A DNA stretch of 50,570 nucleotides. Origin: Octopus bimaculoides (taxonomy: Eukaryota). Below the pieces are notes generated by a model. The model ran no database searches. It had not been told where the DNA came from and was given only the letters and a program-made list of their open reading frames with translations. Location of the stretch: assembly GCF_001194135.2 (NCBI RefSeq), contig NC_068992.1:33997096-34047665 (forward strand). Reading direction: 5' to 3'. Of the stretch, positions 1 through 11,978 are shown one piece after another; the stretch's first letter is position 1; each line of letters starts with the position of its first letter. The translations under genes were made by a program, and so were the position numbers.

Positions 1-455
1 ATCCAGCTGTAGAAGCACTGTCAAATCAGATTGGAGCCTGGTGTAGCCATCTGGTTTCACCAGTCCTCAGTCAAATCGTCCAACCCATGCTAGCATGGAA
101 AGCGGACGTTAAACGACGACGACAATACGCACAGACATATATATATATATATATATAAATACCGCCTGACTGGACTTTGCAGGGTTTTCGAGCGTGATCG
201 TTGCCAGTGCCCATGGACTGGCTCTTGTGCGGGTGGCACATAAAAGACACCATTTCGAGTGTGGTCGTTTTCGTGCGGGTGACACGTAAAAGCACCCACT
301 ACACTCTCTGAGTGGTTGGCGTTAGGAAGGGCATCCAGCTGTAGAAACTCTGCCAAATTAGATTGGAGCCTTGTGTTGCCATCCGGTTTCACCAGTCCTC
401 AGTCAAATCGTCCAACCCATGCTAGCATGGAAGGCGGACATGAAACGGTGATGAT
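1..455 (+). mobile_element. Family A repeat (RTE-like 3' tail): two tandem partial copies (1-125, 164-455) separated by (TA)n
   Basis: TTGGCGTTAGGAAGGGCATCCAGCTGTAGAAA...CCAACCCATGCTAGCATGGAA...(GAT/GAC)n recurs at 13907, 30813, 25061, 8177, 14403. The RTE-tail assignment is inference. Confidence 0.8.
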
Positions 456-589
456 ACTACACAAAGATATGTTACAACTAATGACCTGCATCCTAATTAA
501 TTAAAAGTTACAGAGACATGCAATTTCAGTTCATGTTGCACTTATTAAAACCAGCTTATTTTATAAATATATATAACATTAATGCAAAA

Positions 590-800
590 GGTGAGCTGGC
601 AGTGTTGTTAGCATACTGGGTAAAATGCTTAGCAACATTTCATCTGTACTCATGTTTTGAGTCCAAATTCCACTGAGGTCAACTTTGCCTTTCATCTTTT
701 CAAGCTCAATAAAATAAATACCAGTTAAACATTGGGCTCAAAATAATTGACTTAACCCTCCCCGAAATGCTAGCCTTATGCCAAAATTTGAAATCATTAT
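590..800 (+). mobile_element. Family B SINE, degenerate
   Basis: Similar to 16944-17160 (GAGCTGGCAG...GAGGTCAACTTTGCCTTTCATC...AATTTGAAATCATTAT). Confidence 0.7.
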
Positions 801-1108
801 CAAATATATGAAAATACAAGTTGTATGGTTAATCAAATTCAAAATTTTGTTCTCTTTCACTCTCGCTTTGCCTCGAGAATATGGATGTGGAGACAGATGT
901 GTATACATTTTAGATAAAGAAAGTCTCTAGAATTACCAGGTAGTTAAGAGATGGTCTATGCTGATACTGTGAAATTGAAAAATAAAACAGAAGAGTTGTA
1001 AGCTGTAGTGAAGTTGTAATAGTGGAAACTAACATTTAAGTTCAACTTTTTATCAGCAAAAACATGAGAAAAGGTGTTTTGACTGGTAACATAACTTATG
1101 CATTAGGT

Positions 1109-1309
1109 CAGGGGTCCCAAAACATTTTAGACCATTGACCCCTTCATGGAATCCTTGACCCCCCCCCCCACTTATCGACCCCTCGGTATGTACACAAAAA
1201 TAAATAAATAATAATAATAATAATAATTAAGTTGATGTGCATTTCTCAACCCCTTGAATAGTCCTATTTGACTCCCAGGAGTCAATATCAACCACTTTGG
1301 AGACCTCTG
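1109..1309. mobile_element. hAT-type MITE
   Basis: TIRs CAGGGGTCCCAAA / TTTGGAGACCTCTG; 8-bp TSD CATTAGGT / CATTAGAT (7/8). Confidence 0.75.
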
Positions 1310-2060
1310 CATTAGATGGTCAAGAGGGATGATGACAAATTAGATATCATTTTGCTGTTTTATTTGCCTTGTCATCACCACACAAATATTCATATACTTG
1401 ATATTCTCATTTGTGGGGTAGTACCGTAAACACATTCCCTATTGCTCTTTATCCATGATGAATCCAACAGTTTCATTAAATCTAATATTATATATGGCAA
1501 AGTTATTAACCAGTGGAAAGTATGTCTTTCACATGGCTTCCTCAAAATGATACAGTTTTACAGCTTGATTTCAGTGATTCCAAAGTGTGGCTAGTGATGC
1601 AAATGATCATCTCAAAGTATGTCTATCAAAATTAATCAGTTTGATTGTAAAATATTATCAGCCAAAAAAGTTTGTGCCCTTTCAATTGAACCATTTATTA
1701 TTTGTTATCTATTGAAGCAGGTATTAACATGTACACATTTGCATATTCTTATACACATATCACCTTCACACAATGACACAAACATACACACACACGCATA
1801 AGAAGACATAAACATAAATACACAAACTTTACTAATTCAGTCAAAACAGTGACTTATAACTAAGTAAGGTGCAAAAAATAGCAGTTAAGAGATTAATTGA
1901 GTTTTAGTGCAAAGGTGTAGGGAAGTGTTCATTGTGATTCTTTTATGCTTGATTCTTGAAACAGAAATCTGACTGTGACCATACTCACATAAAATGATTT
2001 GCATTAATTATGGCATATTCAAGGGAAGAGGGACAGTATCTATACGTTTTTTCATCATAG

Positions 2061-2127
2061 TTTCTGAGTTTGGTGCAGGAACTGGAGGAAGACACCAAAA
2101 GTGATGGGCTGCTGCAAGTTGGGAGCA
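2061..2127 (+). CDS. Candidate host internal exon (FLSLVQELEEDTKSDGLLQVGS), product unknown
   Basis: Acceptor TTTTTTCATCATAG, donor CA|GTAAGT, only one open frame, GC-richer than flanks; no family recognised. Confidence 0.35.
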
Positions 2128-2163
2128 GTAAGTGCATTGACATATTGAAATATACACAAACTA

Positions 2164-2198
2164 GGTGTAGGAGTGGCTGTGTGGTAAGTAGCTCGCTT
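2164..2198 (+). mobile_element. 5' head of a family C SINE, split by the Tx1-like insertion
   Basis: GGTGTAGGAGTGGCTGTGTGGTAAGTAGCTCGCTT matches the start of the intact copy at 44170; the body resumes at 4438. Confidence 0.85.
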
Positions 2199-4437
2199 CT
2201 GGTCTTGCGCGTTGCAGTAGTTGCTTATTGATGAACAGGTGTGGACGAGTGTTAACGCCGTCCAAAAATGGAAAATTTGCGAAGTCGACCGAGGTAGGTA
2301 GAATTGTTTTTTGAGCTGTGTGTAATTTATTGTGGTTTAATTTTCTTTCAGTAAATTTCGCCCAGTTCTGGGGTAGTTCCACTTGCTTTCAGCAACTTAA
2401 AGTTTTTGGTCATTTTGGTGAGTAAAATTGTGTTTCTCGTTCGTCGTTATTGGTAGGTGTGTTCGAGTCACCATAATGGCAGATTGAGAATTTTTTGTGA
2501 AAACTTTTTGTGTCTCATTTAATTGCGAGAACTGTTGTTTTTGTGGGCATATCTCACCTCCGAAAAACTTTTGAAAAATTCTTTATGAAGGATTTTTTTT
2601 TGTTCCTGCTGCTGTGGCCCTGGATTACCTTTTGGAGTACCTTTACGGGAATACCTTTTTGGAGGACCTTTATTGGGATACCTGTAGGCCAGGATTACCA
2701 GGTAGCCAGAAATTTGTTGCTGTGTATTGAACTGTCTTCTTTCCTTCTTTTTCTCTGCTCTGTCTTTCTGTTCTTTTTGTATTTAGTTTTTTTGTGAACT
2801 TTTTTGTTGAACTTTTCTTTTTGTTGAACATTTTAGTGAACTTTTTTTGAACTTTTGAACTTTTTTTCTGCAAGCATGGCAAAAAGAGGCAATGCTTTAT
2901 TGTAATGGGAGGTTGTCCTGCCCAAGCAGTGGGTGCATGGCTTTGAGAAGAGGACAATGGTTCTGCGAACCTTTTCTAGGTCGCGGAATGCCATCACCCT
3001 CTTCAAAAAGGAAGAAGTAGAACGGGAACTGGTGAACTGTTTGCCGGGAAAGGAATTTTTTTCTCGAGGGGGTGTCAAATTTGCAACGGTGTGGTTGCAG
3101 TTTGACTCCTCAGAAGAAGCCTGCATTGTAGCTAGTCAGCCCATGCAGAGTGAGGAAATTCTGTTCCTCCCACTTATTGTGGGAAGAGAATTGTCAGAGC
3201 CTGGGTGTGTGGTCTGCCCCCGAGCACGGAAGCTGGATGGATCAAGAATGCCGCTCGGCGCGGTTTGGGGGATAGTAGACCCAGGTTGCTGAATGTGACA
3301 TGGCTCCTGCAGTGAACTGGGAGGGGTCAAAAGCAACCTTGACCCTATGGACCCTAGTAGCCGCAAAAGATATGTGTTTCCCCGACTACCTGAAAATGGC
3401 TGGTTCTAGATACACAGTGATACTTGAGGGTCACCCCTCCAGGTGTCACCTGTGTCTGGAGCCTGGCCATATCAGGAAGAATTGCCCCCAGTGCCAGAGA
3501 AAGGCCTCGGAGGTTCAAAAGGGGGAAAAAGTGACCCCTGCCCTCCCAGCAGACAGGGCGGGAGAGGTAGTCATGAAGGCAGAGGCCTCCACAATAAGAA
3601 AAAGAAAGGTGAGCAACAATGGTTGCACACAAGACAAGGAGCAGGTTTCGAGTGGGGAGGTGGACCCCCTCAGGTGTGCCAAGAGAGGCCCCGACCCCTG
3701 AGACTTGCAAAACAAAAAGAAGGAAAAGGAGAAAAAAACGGGAAACTGTCGGTGGACGCCTGTGTGCCGCTGACTAAACCTGTGACCCCTCTGGTGGGAA
3801 TTGTGCCAACGAAGAGAAAGACTTTGTCAACGAGAACTGTGTCGGTGATAGAGTGGTCTGACGTCCCTCCCAACATAGATAATGATTACGTTATCTTGTA
3901 CATAGAGGGATGGACGGTGAACGAGATCTTGGACCACGAAAGTGGCCAAGATAGGAACTACTTGGATTGTACAAATAGTCCTACATGGCCTCCGCAGGTG
4001 ACTGTGAAGGCGGTGACGAATAATATGATAGAAAGGGTGATGGAGAAGTGTTGTCAGAAGGCTTTTTTTTATTCTGCCGCGAACTCGAGCCTGACAGGGA
4101 ACACTTGCTTGGCAAGGGCAGCCTTTCTGCCTGCGGAGGGTCTGAGTGAAGAAATGTGTAAAGAATTGTTTTCATGATAAAACTGAAAGAAAAATTTTTG
4201 TATCTTTTGATAACGTGGGAGGTTTGTGCCTCATAAGTGTGTTTTTATTGGGAAAAAAAAGAACAAGGTTTTCGAGGGATTGGCAGTTGGCGGGCGCTGT
4301 TGCCCCTCCCATCCTCATCTTTCTTGTACATTCATTTTCATTCATTAGTGTCCATGTCCAGCCTGCAGCTACTTTATGTTTGTCTGTTATTGTTTGTCCC
4401 CTCTATATAATGCCGCTAATGGCAAATTTATGAAATA
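2199..4437 (+). mobile_element. ORF1-only Tx1/L1-clade non-LTR element (HAL1-like, non-autonomous)
   Basis: 13-bp TSD AAGTAGCTYGCTT (2186-2198 / 4438-4450); ~680-bp T-rich 5'UTR; disrupted ORF1; ~260-bp 3'UTR ending GAAATAAA; no EN/RT sequence seen. Confidence 0.8.
2876..4177 (+). pseudogene. Tx1/L1 ORF1 (gag-like) with CCHC zinc knuckle; one in-frame stop and ~3 frameshifts
   Basis: ATG 2876; segments GKRIVRAWVCGLPP (RRM-like) and VILEGHPSR-CHLCLEPGHIRKNC (CX2CX4HX4C); pieces spread over ORFs 2933, 3300 and 3443. Confidence 0.8.
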
Positions 4438-4576
4438 AAGTAGCTTGCTTACAAACTGCATGGTTCCGGGTTCAGTCCCACTGCGTGGCACCTTGGGCAA
4501 GTGTCTTCTACTATAGCCTTGGGCCGACCAAAGCCTTGTGAGTGGATTTGGTAGACAGAAACTGAAAGAAGCCCAT

Positions 4577-4613
<37 letters not shown>

Positions 4614-4830
4614 ATATGTTTGTGTGTCTGTGTCTGTCTCCCCAACATCGCTTGACAACCGATAATGGTGTGTTTATGTCCCCGTAACTTTGCGGTTTGG
4701 TAAAAGAAACTGATAGAATAAGTACTAGGCCTACAAAGAATAAGTCCTGAGGTTGATTTGCTCGACTAAAGGTGATGTTCCAGTATGGCCACAGTCAAAT
4801 CACTAAAACAAGTAAAAGAGTAAACTAAAG
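4438..4830 (+). mobile_element. Family C tRNA-derived SINE, 3' remainder with internal (TA)n(TG)n
   Basis: B-box-like GGTTCAGTCCC; colinear with 44170-44579; tail GTAAAAGAGTAAA. Confidence 0.9.
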
Positions 4831-6639
4831 TCCTGGTTTAAATACAAATATCAGACTGGATACTACTAAAAGTGGCCAAATTCTAGGTGTTGGGAATTAA
4901 CCTGGCAATAGACTACACTTCAAGAACAAGCACAGTCTATTTGATGGAATTCCACACAATTTCTTCCCATTCTGTTTCACTTAATAAGGTTTTAGGTTGC
5001 TGAAGGTTATAAAAGACATTTTCCCAAAGTTTCATCTGTTGATATCAAAATTGGAATTATGTGATGGAGAAGCAAACTCCTTAATGACAAGATTGGAAGG
5101 ATTGTGATTATAAAATTTAAATAAAAATTGGTAAAGTTCTTATGAAAAATGTAAAAGGAACAGTTTTTTGAAATGAATTGTGCTCACATGTCCCCTGACT
5201 TGATGTAAGTTCAATGTTGATATTACATCATGTGAAAGAGGTGAAGAGTTCAGTTTAACTGCCTAAGTTCTTGGAAGAATTGTCGACAAGTAATTTGTGG
5301 TAAATGTTTCAAAGGAACTGCTTTTTAATTCTGATTTAGCTGGTTTGTTTGTGATACCTTGAAATATGTTGGCAAATCTATTTAGCAGTGACTACAAGCC
5401 AACACAGCTACTGTAGCTAACCAAAACTGATTTGTGAAGAAAAATTTTTCTTAATAGGTATGAGGCCATTGTAAGCACCACAACTTAAAAACTGAGAAAA
5501 CTGCAGTCAAAATTTCCTGACTTTCAGAATGCAATATCTCGGTAAGGAATGAAGTTAGGCAGCTGATTTCCATCTAAGTAAAATTATTTATTTGTGTATG
5601 CATCTGAAAGATGAAACAATGACTGAGTCTTTCTCATTTTGTAGTGTATACCAGTACTACGAAGCAGTGTATCACATTGCATATTTTAGCCATAATACCT
5701 AGAAAAATCATACAGAGATCATCTCCAAAAGTATTGTTTGTATTTTAATATACCAAGGTAAGTATCTTTAAGAGGTAAGTAAGACAAGATAGTAAGACAA
5801 TAAGCCCATTATCGTTACAATGGTAATGAAGAATATTAGAAAATGTGATATAACACCTTGTAAAATGATACAGGGATCACACCAAAGTTTTTGATTGAGC
5901 ATGTGTGCTTATGATGGTGTGTTACTAAACTCTCTGGTTTGAGTTTGGGTGAGTGAGCATCGTGTCAATAGCGTCGAGGTACAATTTTTTTCAGCCAGAT
6001 TTTTGACCTTATTGCAAGCCTCACTGGTTCTTCCTCTCAACTTTTTCGGATTCTAGACTTCCAGACAAACACCTCATATGGTATAAGAAAGTATGCATAT
6101 TTATGTACGAGTTTCGGGAAATTCTGTGAACATTTAGATATAGAGAAGTTAGAATTTAAAATATATTTATTTTCTACAAAGTAAGAAGTTAGTTGATTTT
6201 TCTTAATATATGCTTATGTAGCAGTAGATAATATGCATTGACTTCTTTGATTCAGGTTAGGAATTCATTGATTAGTCTGCTTAGCTCATTTTATTAAAAG
6301 ATTTTGTATTTTAGTAAAGAAAGATTAAAAAATATAATTGAATTGAATTAATAATTCTGAAATTAGTTCCAAGGCTGAGATACATATTTATAAAAGCAGC
6401 TAATTTCAATAAGACTAGTAAAATCTGGAATTAGAACTTTATTGAAACTTCTACAACTTAGACACTAATTAGTGGTTTAACGAATCAGTGACTGATGCAA
6501 AATAATCGATTCTGTACAGTACAAAAATGAAGTTCTTGAAAACTTTAAGCGTTTCCATCATTAAATTTTCTTTTTCTTTTAGTGTGGAGGTAACAAACAG
6601 TCATGTAACAATCATCATAGCATTTTTTTTCATTTTTAT

Positions 6640-7700
6640 GAATAGCTGAGAAGAATTTCGATCTTGTGTTACTAACTCCCTTAAATAAGCCTGTAGAGCA
6701 AGAATATTACTGTGGTTTCTGCAACAGATGTAAACCAGTACACTTAATATTCAGTCTTTGGTAAATAGTGCTTAACTTCCACAAGTAAATTGGCAATTTG
6801 CATCCCACATTTATAGATCTGATAAAAGTGTTTAATCTTGTCAACAGATTTCATTGGAAGATAATGAAATCTATTTGTCTTGACAAATCTGTTAGGATAA
6901 TTAGGAATTTTCATGATGGCATGATATCCTAAATATAATGGTAATGAGAATCTAAACGAGAGAAAGTGTTAAACAGGGCTATGCTTTCGACCTAGCATTA
7001 TTCTATTCAGAGCAATTTTCATTGATACTTTCTCAGATAGCCATCTTTACATTCAAATCAAGTATTGAACTGATATAAAAGAAAAAAACTTTACAACTTC
7101 CAAAGCCTACAATTTGTTGTGTAAAGGAAATGTATTCCAATATCTGAAACTGATATGCAATTAGCTATCAAGAGGTTTTCAATAGTTTTGCTTTGAACAC
7201 ACCATAAACACAGTAAAATCAGAAGTTATCTTTCAACTTAACCAACAAGCAGCATCTTAAATCAAGAATAGCTTATAAAAATAACATATCGTATGTAAAT
7301 CCCTTGAACAAGGAGATAAATTAAATTTCAGTATGGTTAAAGAAAGCAACAATTGTCTGTCAAAAGCCATTTCAGCATTTGGGAAATTGTAATCAAATGT
7401 ATTACTGATATGAAATGAAAGATGACTGATCTTTTATGAAATATCAAACAGGCCTTTTACAGTGTTCATTTAGCACAACAAATGTTTAAGGATGCTCTCA
7501 AAACTCATTAAAAATATTGACAGCTATGTAGCAGGTAGAGAAAACTTGTCTGTATGGTCATGAGTTATAATACTACAACTTTGGCTTAGTGCTTCTGTAA
7601 AGAGCATAAAATTCTCAAACAATGTATGACTGCCCAAATTCTCTCTCAACCATTAACTCGGAGAACATGATTTAAACTTTAACAGAAGTAATAGCAGAAT
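6640..7700 (+). mobile_element. Ancient RTE-clade LINE reverse-transcriptase remnant
   Basis: Decayed RTE motifs: FHDGM (6910-6925), GVKQG-like (6966), KA-SAFGKL-like (7363), FKDALKT (7485); many stops; approximate bounds. Confidence 0.65.
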
Positions 7701-8176
7701 CTGAATAAAAATGGTATGTGGGACAGTAGAGAGGTTAGACAGATTTTATATTCTGTTATTCTTTTACTGGTTTTCATCATTGGACTGTGGCTATGCAGGA
7801 GTAGAACCCTCAATAGTTGTAATTGATTATATGTATCTTTGTAATTGTGTTAGAATGATACGTATTTTAGTGATCTCTATTTGTTAAAGGTTCATTACAG
7901 AGCATATACAATTACCACACAGGCAACAGTGCTCATTTTCAGATTGATGTAAACATAAACACAGATACACACAGATATATCATCATCATCATCAATTTCA
8001 TGACAATTAGCAAAACAGTATAGTTCAACACACACTTTCATTATAAAATACCTTCATGAACTTGGGAAAATGTCTAAATTTGGTCAGATGGTCTCTCATC
8101 ATCTGACTACTTCTCTGCTTAATCAAAAAGTTGCCCTTTGCTCATCATTGATGATAAGTGGGTTTTCTATTAACAT

Positions 8177-8180
8177 CATT

Positions 8181-8215
<35 letters not shown>

Positions 8216-8490
8216 TTATCATCCATCTTATATGCTGGCATGGGTTGGATAGTTTGAGAGGAGCTATTTAGGCAGAAGACTGCACCAGGCTTCACTGTCT
8301 GTTTTGGCAAAGTTTTTATGGCTGGATGCCCTTCCTAACACCAACCACCTTGCAGAGTGAACTGAGTGCTTTTTATGTAGCATCAGAATCAGTGATGCCT
8401 GTTCTGGCACAGTTTTTACGGCTGGATGCCTTTCCAAACACTATTCCAGTGTGGACTGAATGCTTTTTATGTGGAATCAGCACTGGCATG
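8177..8490 (-). mobile_element. Family A repeat with internally duplicated module
   Basis: (CAT)n then GCATGGGTTGGA; GGCTGGATGCC(C/T)TTCC occurs twice (8321, 8420). Confidence 0.7.
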
Positions 8491-8664
8491 GTCAACAAGT
8501 AACTTGCTAGATAAAGATCCTTTGAGAGAGGCAGGTGGACATTGGAGATGGGGGACATTGGAGATGGTGGCCAATATCTAATTTTCATATCCAATGAAAA
8601 TGAGAATAGTTAGCATCAGAAGAAAAATAAGAATCTATCTCCAAAACAAGACTACACCCATACA

Positions 8665-9110
8665 ACGTTATGTTCTGTATTTGGTGGATATGAAGGGTAT
8701 CATATAGTAATAAGTGTTAAACCAAAATGAAATAATTAATAAAAAGAAGTATTGTCACCAGTTTGATGCATTGCACACAAATTTTCCCAAAATGTGTTCT
8801 TACATGGTAATGCAAGACAACATATTTTCTAAGTTGCTCAGGAAAAGATTATGGCACTAAATATGAAAGTTTTACTCTGTTCTCCTTATTCGCTTGACCT
8901 TGCACCATCAGTCAACAATCTTTTCAGATCATTGTAACATCATTTAGAAGGAAAACAGTTTATTAATTCTAAAGATGTTGAAAATGGTATTGTGTGATTC
9001 TTTGTTTTGAAACCTTAAGAATTGTGCAGGTTCACAAATTTGCAAAATAGATGGGGTTGTATTAGCAATAACTTGGGAAAATATTATCTTGATTAAATAT
9101 AGCTGTTAAT
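8665..9110 (+). mobile_element. mariner (DD34D-type) transposase 3' remnant
   Basis: VMFCIWW-MKG-like at 8668; SPYSLDLAPS (YSPDLAP motif) at 8882; HLEGKQF at 8941. Confidence 0.75.
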
Positions 9111-9214
9111 ACCGAAGAAAAATATGTTTCTTTCCCATAACAAAATACAGTAGGACCTTTTTCCCACCCTTTGATATAGACAGGTAGATAAATAGATAGA
9201 CAAACAAACAGACA

Positions 9215-9420
9215 GACGGACCATCCTACCAGGGCTTTACTCTCATTTGCTGGAGCAATTGTGGGCTTGAAGAAGACTCATGGTAGGCCACACACCAGAT
9301 GGCTGGGCATGACTACAGAAGATCTCTAGTGTCTTGATGTTACCTTAGAGGATGCAGAGAGGCTGGCATGGGACCATCAGTGATGGAGAGCACTGGGGGA
9401 CCTGGTTGGCAGTTGTTTCA
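9215..9420 (+). mobile_element. LINE ORF C-terminal remnant
   Basis: GRPHTRWLGMTTEDL...EDAERLAWD resembles the GRP-RW...A-DR-W C-terminus of RTE/L2-type LINEs. Confidence 0.45.
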
Positions 9421-10661
9421 GTAGAATTTAATGCATTCCTAAGAGATTACATAACAATACCACCATCATCAGGTAAATTAAAAAAATTTTTTACATTGAC
9501 CCAAACAAGATCCAACATTAATTGGATTTGTCTAGGTCAATGCAAAAAATTTCACCTGTTTGAAATTTTACCTGATGATAGTTGATTATCTATTGTGACA
9601 ACTGAACTTTTCTTTTTGATTTTNNNNNNNNNNNNNNNNNNNNNNNNNNNNNNNNNNNNNNNNNNNNNNNNNNNNNNNNNNNNNNNNNNNNNNNNNNNNN
9701 NNNNNNNNNNNNNNNNNNNNNNNNNNNNNNNNNNNNNNNNNNNNNNNNNNNNNNNNNNNNNNNNNNNNNNNNNNNNNNNNNNNNNNNNNNNNNNNNNNNN
9801 NNNNNNNNNNNNNNNNNNNNNNNNNNNNNNNNNNNNNNNNNNNNNNNNNNNNNNNNNNNNNNNNNNNNNNNNNNNNNNNNNNNNNNNNNNNNNNNNNNNN
9901 NNNNNNNNNNNNNNNNNNNNNNNNNNNNNNNNNNNNNNNNNNNNNNNNNNNNNNNNNNNNNNNNNNNNNNNNNNNNNNNNNNNNNNNNNNNNNNNNNNNN
10001 NNNNNNNNNNNNNNNNNNNNNNNNNNNNNNNNNNNNNNNNNNNNNNNNNNNNNNNNNNNNNNNNNNNNNNNNNNNNNNNNNNNNNNNNNNNNNNNNNNNN
10101 NNNNNNNNNNNNNNNNNNNNNNNNNNNNNNNNCTTCAGCTTTATCTTACATTAATCTTAATCTTATTCCGGCCAGAGTTCTTTCGTCACACTTCTGTGAC
10201 CTCATCAGTGGTCCTTTGTTTCCTTCTTTCTTATGTGTGTCTCACCTTGCTAACTATCAGCCATTTTGTATTTTGTATTCCTATTGTATTCCTATTGTAT
10301 ATATATATATATACAAAAAGGGTTTGACTTACACAGAATACAGATTTGTAATACTTTTCCTCAACCCCTTTAATCCCCGATTTCAATTGTATTCTGAGTA
10401 AGTCAAACCTTTTTTGTATACATTTCTGGTATTTGATGTATTAATATAGAAGAACCTTATATATTTATCTGTCTAACTTGCTTATGCCTACATTTATTTC
10501 TATACCCACTCAAGTTTAATTCTCTTGAGCACTACTAAGTGTATTTCTATACAGAGAATATCTGGATCTCATCAATACATATATAAGCAAATTTATATTT
10601 ACATACACACACATATGTATAAATACATATATATATGTATTTGTTTATATATATATATATA

Positions 10662-11974
10662 CAGGGTGGGTGGAAAATATTTAGCCATTAGAAATTGCTT
10701 ATAGAATTTTTAGTAACACTGAAGTCATGATGAGAACATTTTTTAAACAGACAGCACTAATGGGGATTTCTTATTCTCTTATTTGTGATTTCTTATTTTC
10801 CAAATGGCCAGTCACTTGTCTGTTCAGGAGCAAGGTAAGATAGCAGCACCCAATGAAATGTGCAATTCCATTGTTTTGGTTCAAAGATAGTGGTGTGCAT
10901 GGAAAGGTAAGCATGCAACATTATGTCTGGAGACAATAAAAAGTTGTCATGCAAAGTTGATGACCAAGGGCTCTGTGAACAATGCAAGAAAGAAGTGGCC
11001 ACCCAACAACATCCCAATCAGTAGAGAGTATGGCAACAGTGCAGGAAATGTTTAAGTGCAGCCTGCAAAAATCAACATGTCAAGCAGTTCATATGGTGTT
11101 GCACCATATGCAACACCATACATATGGTGTTGCATAAAGAATCAAATTTTCCTCTGTGGAAACCCCATTACGTGCAGAAGCTAAAACCTGAAGACTGTAA
11201 CTGCAGAATGGAATATGAAGAGTTAATGCTAGGTTGGCATGAATATTGGCCTGAATTGTTTGAAAACATCCTCTGGAATGACAAGGCTGTATTCCATGTT
11301 GGTGGTTTCATCAATCGTCACAACTGCCATTTTTGGGTATCGTGTGATAAGGATCCACACATGGTGGTTGAGAGGCTGAAAACTCGATCAAAAATGACTG
11401 TGTGGTGTGGAATGATGGCAACAAGAGTTGTTGGCGCATATCTTCTGTGTGACACCATGAATATGGACTACTATCTTCAGATGCTTGAAAATTATGTGTG
11501 GCCCATGGTGTCTGGCTGGGATAACATTGGTGACCTGATATTCATGCAGGCTGGTGCACCACCTCATTTTGCTCTTACTGTGCATGCATGGTTAGACCAA
11601 CATTTTCCAGGATGTTGGCTGGGATGATACAGACCTCATGAATGGTCTCCAAGAAGCCCAGATCTCCCTCCGTGTGATCTTTACCTGTGGGGTTACACAA
11701 AAAAGGAGGTGTACAAGACAAAACCTCACACACTGGAGGTTTTGGAGATACAGAGGCAGGAAGTTCTCAATGATATCTCAGACGATGTCCTTCAGAGGGT
11801 TGTTCATTTCATCTCTGGCCATTTGATGTCACTGGCACTTAAGTTGAAATATGAAGATTTATTTTCATTTTCCCATATAATAAAGAACATGTATCATTTG
11901 TTTCAATAAATTTGTAAAAAGGATATGGATTTTATTACCAATTTGTAATGCCGACATACTTTTCACCCATTCTG
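10662..11974 (+). mobile_element. Full-length decayed Tc1/mariner-superfamily element, DD41D (rosa/Visitor type)
   Basis: TIRs CAGGGTGGGTGGAAAA / TTTTCACCCATTCTG flanked by TA; ILWNDKAVFH, MQAGAPPH (D>A), WSPRSPDLPPCD; 41 residues counted between the 2nd and 3rd catalytic positions. Confidence 0.85.
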
Positions 11975-11978
11975 TATA

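Noticed and set aside
3443-3720. N-terminal half of the 244-aa ORF as a separate protein
   Set aside because: Off-frame overlap of the zinc-knuckle frame; only the part after ~3700 is likely true ORF1
5150-5340. piggyBac C-terminal Cys-rich remnant (NCRQVICGKC)
   Set aside because: A single short motif, no TTAA-bounded TIR found; too weak to call
5645-5757. Strong AG/GTAAGT-bounded exon
   Set aside because: Stops in all three frames; could only be non-coding or part of an unclassified repeat
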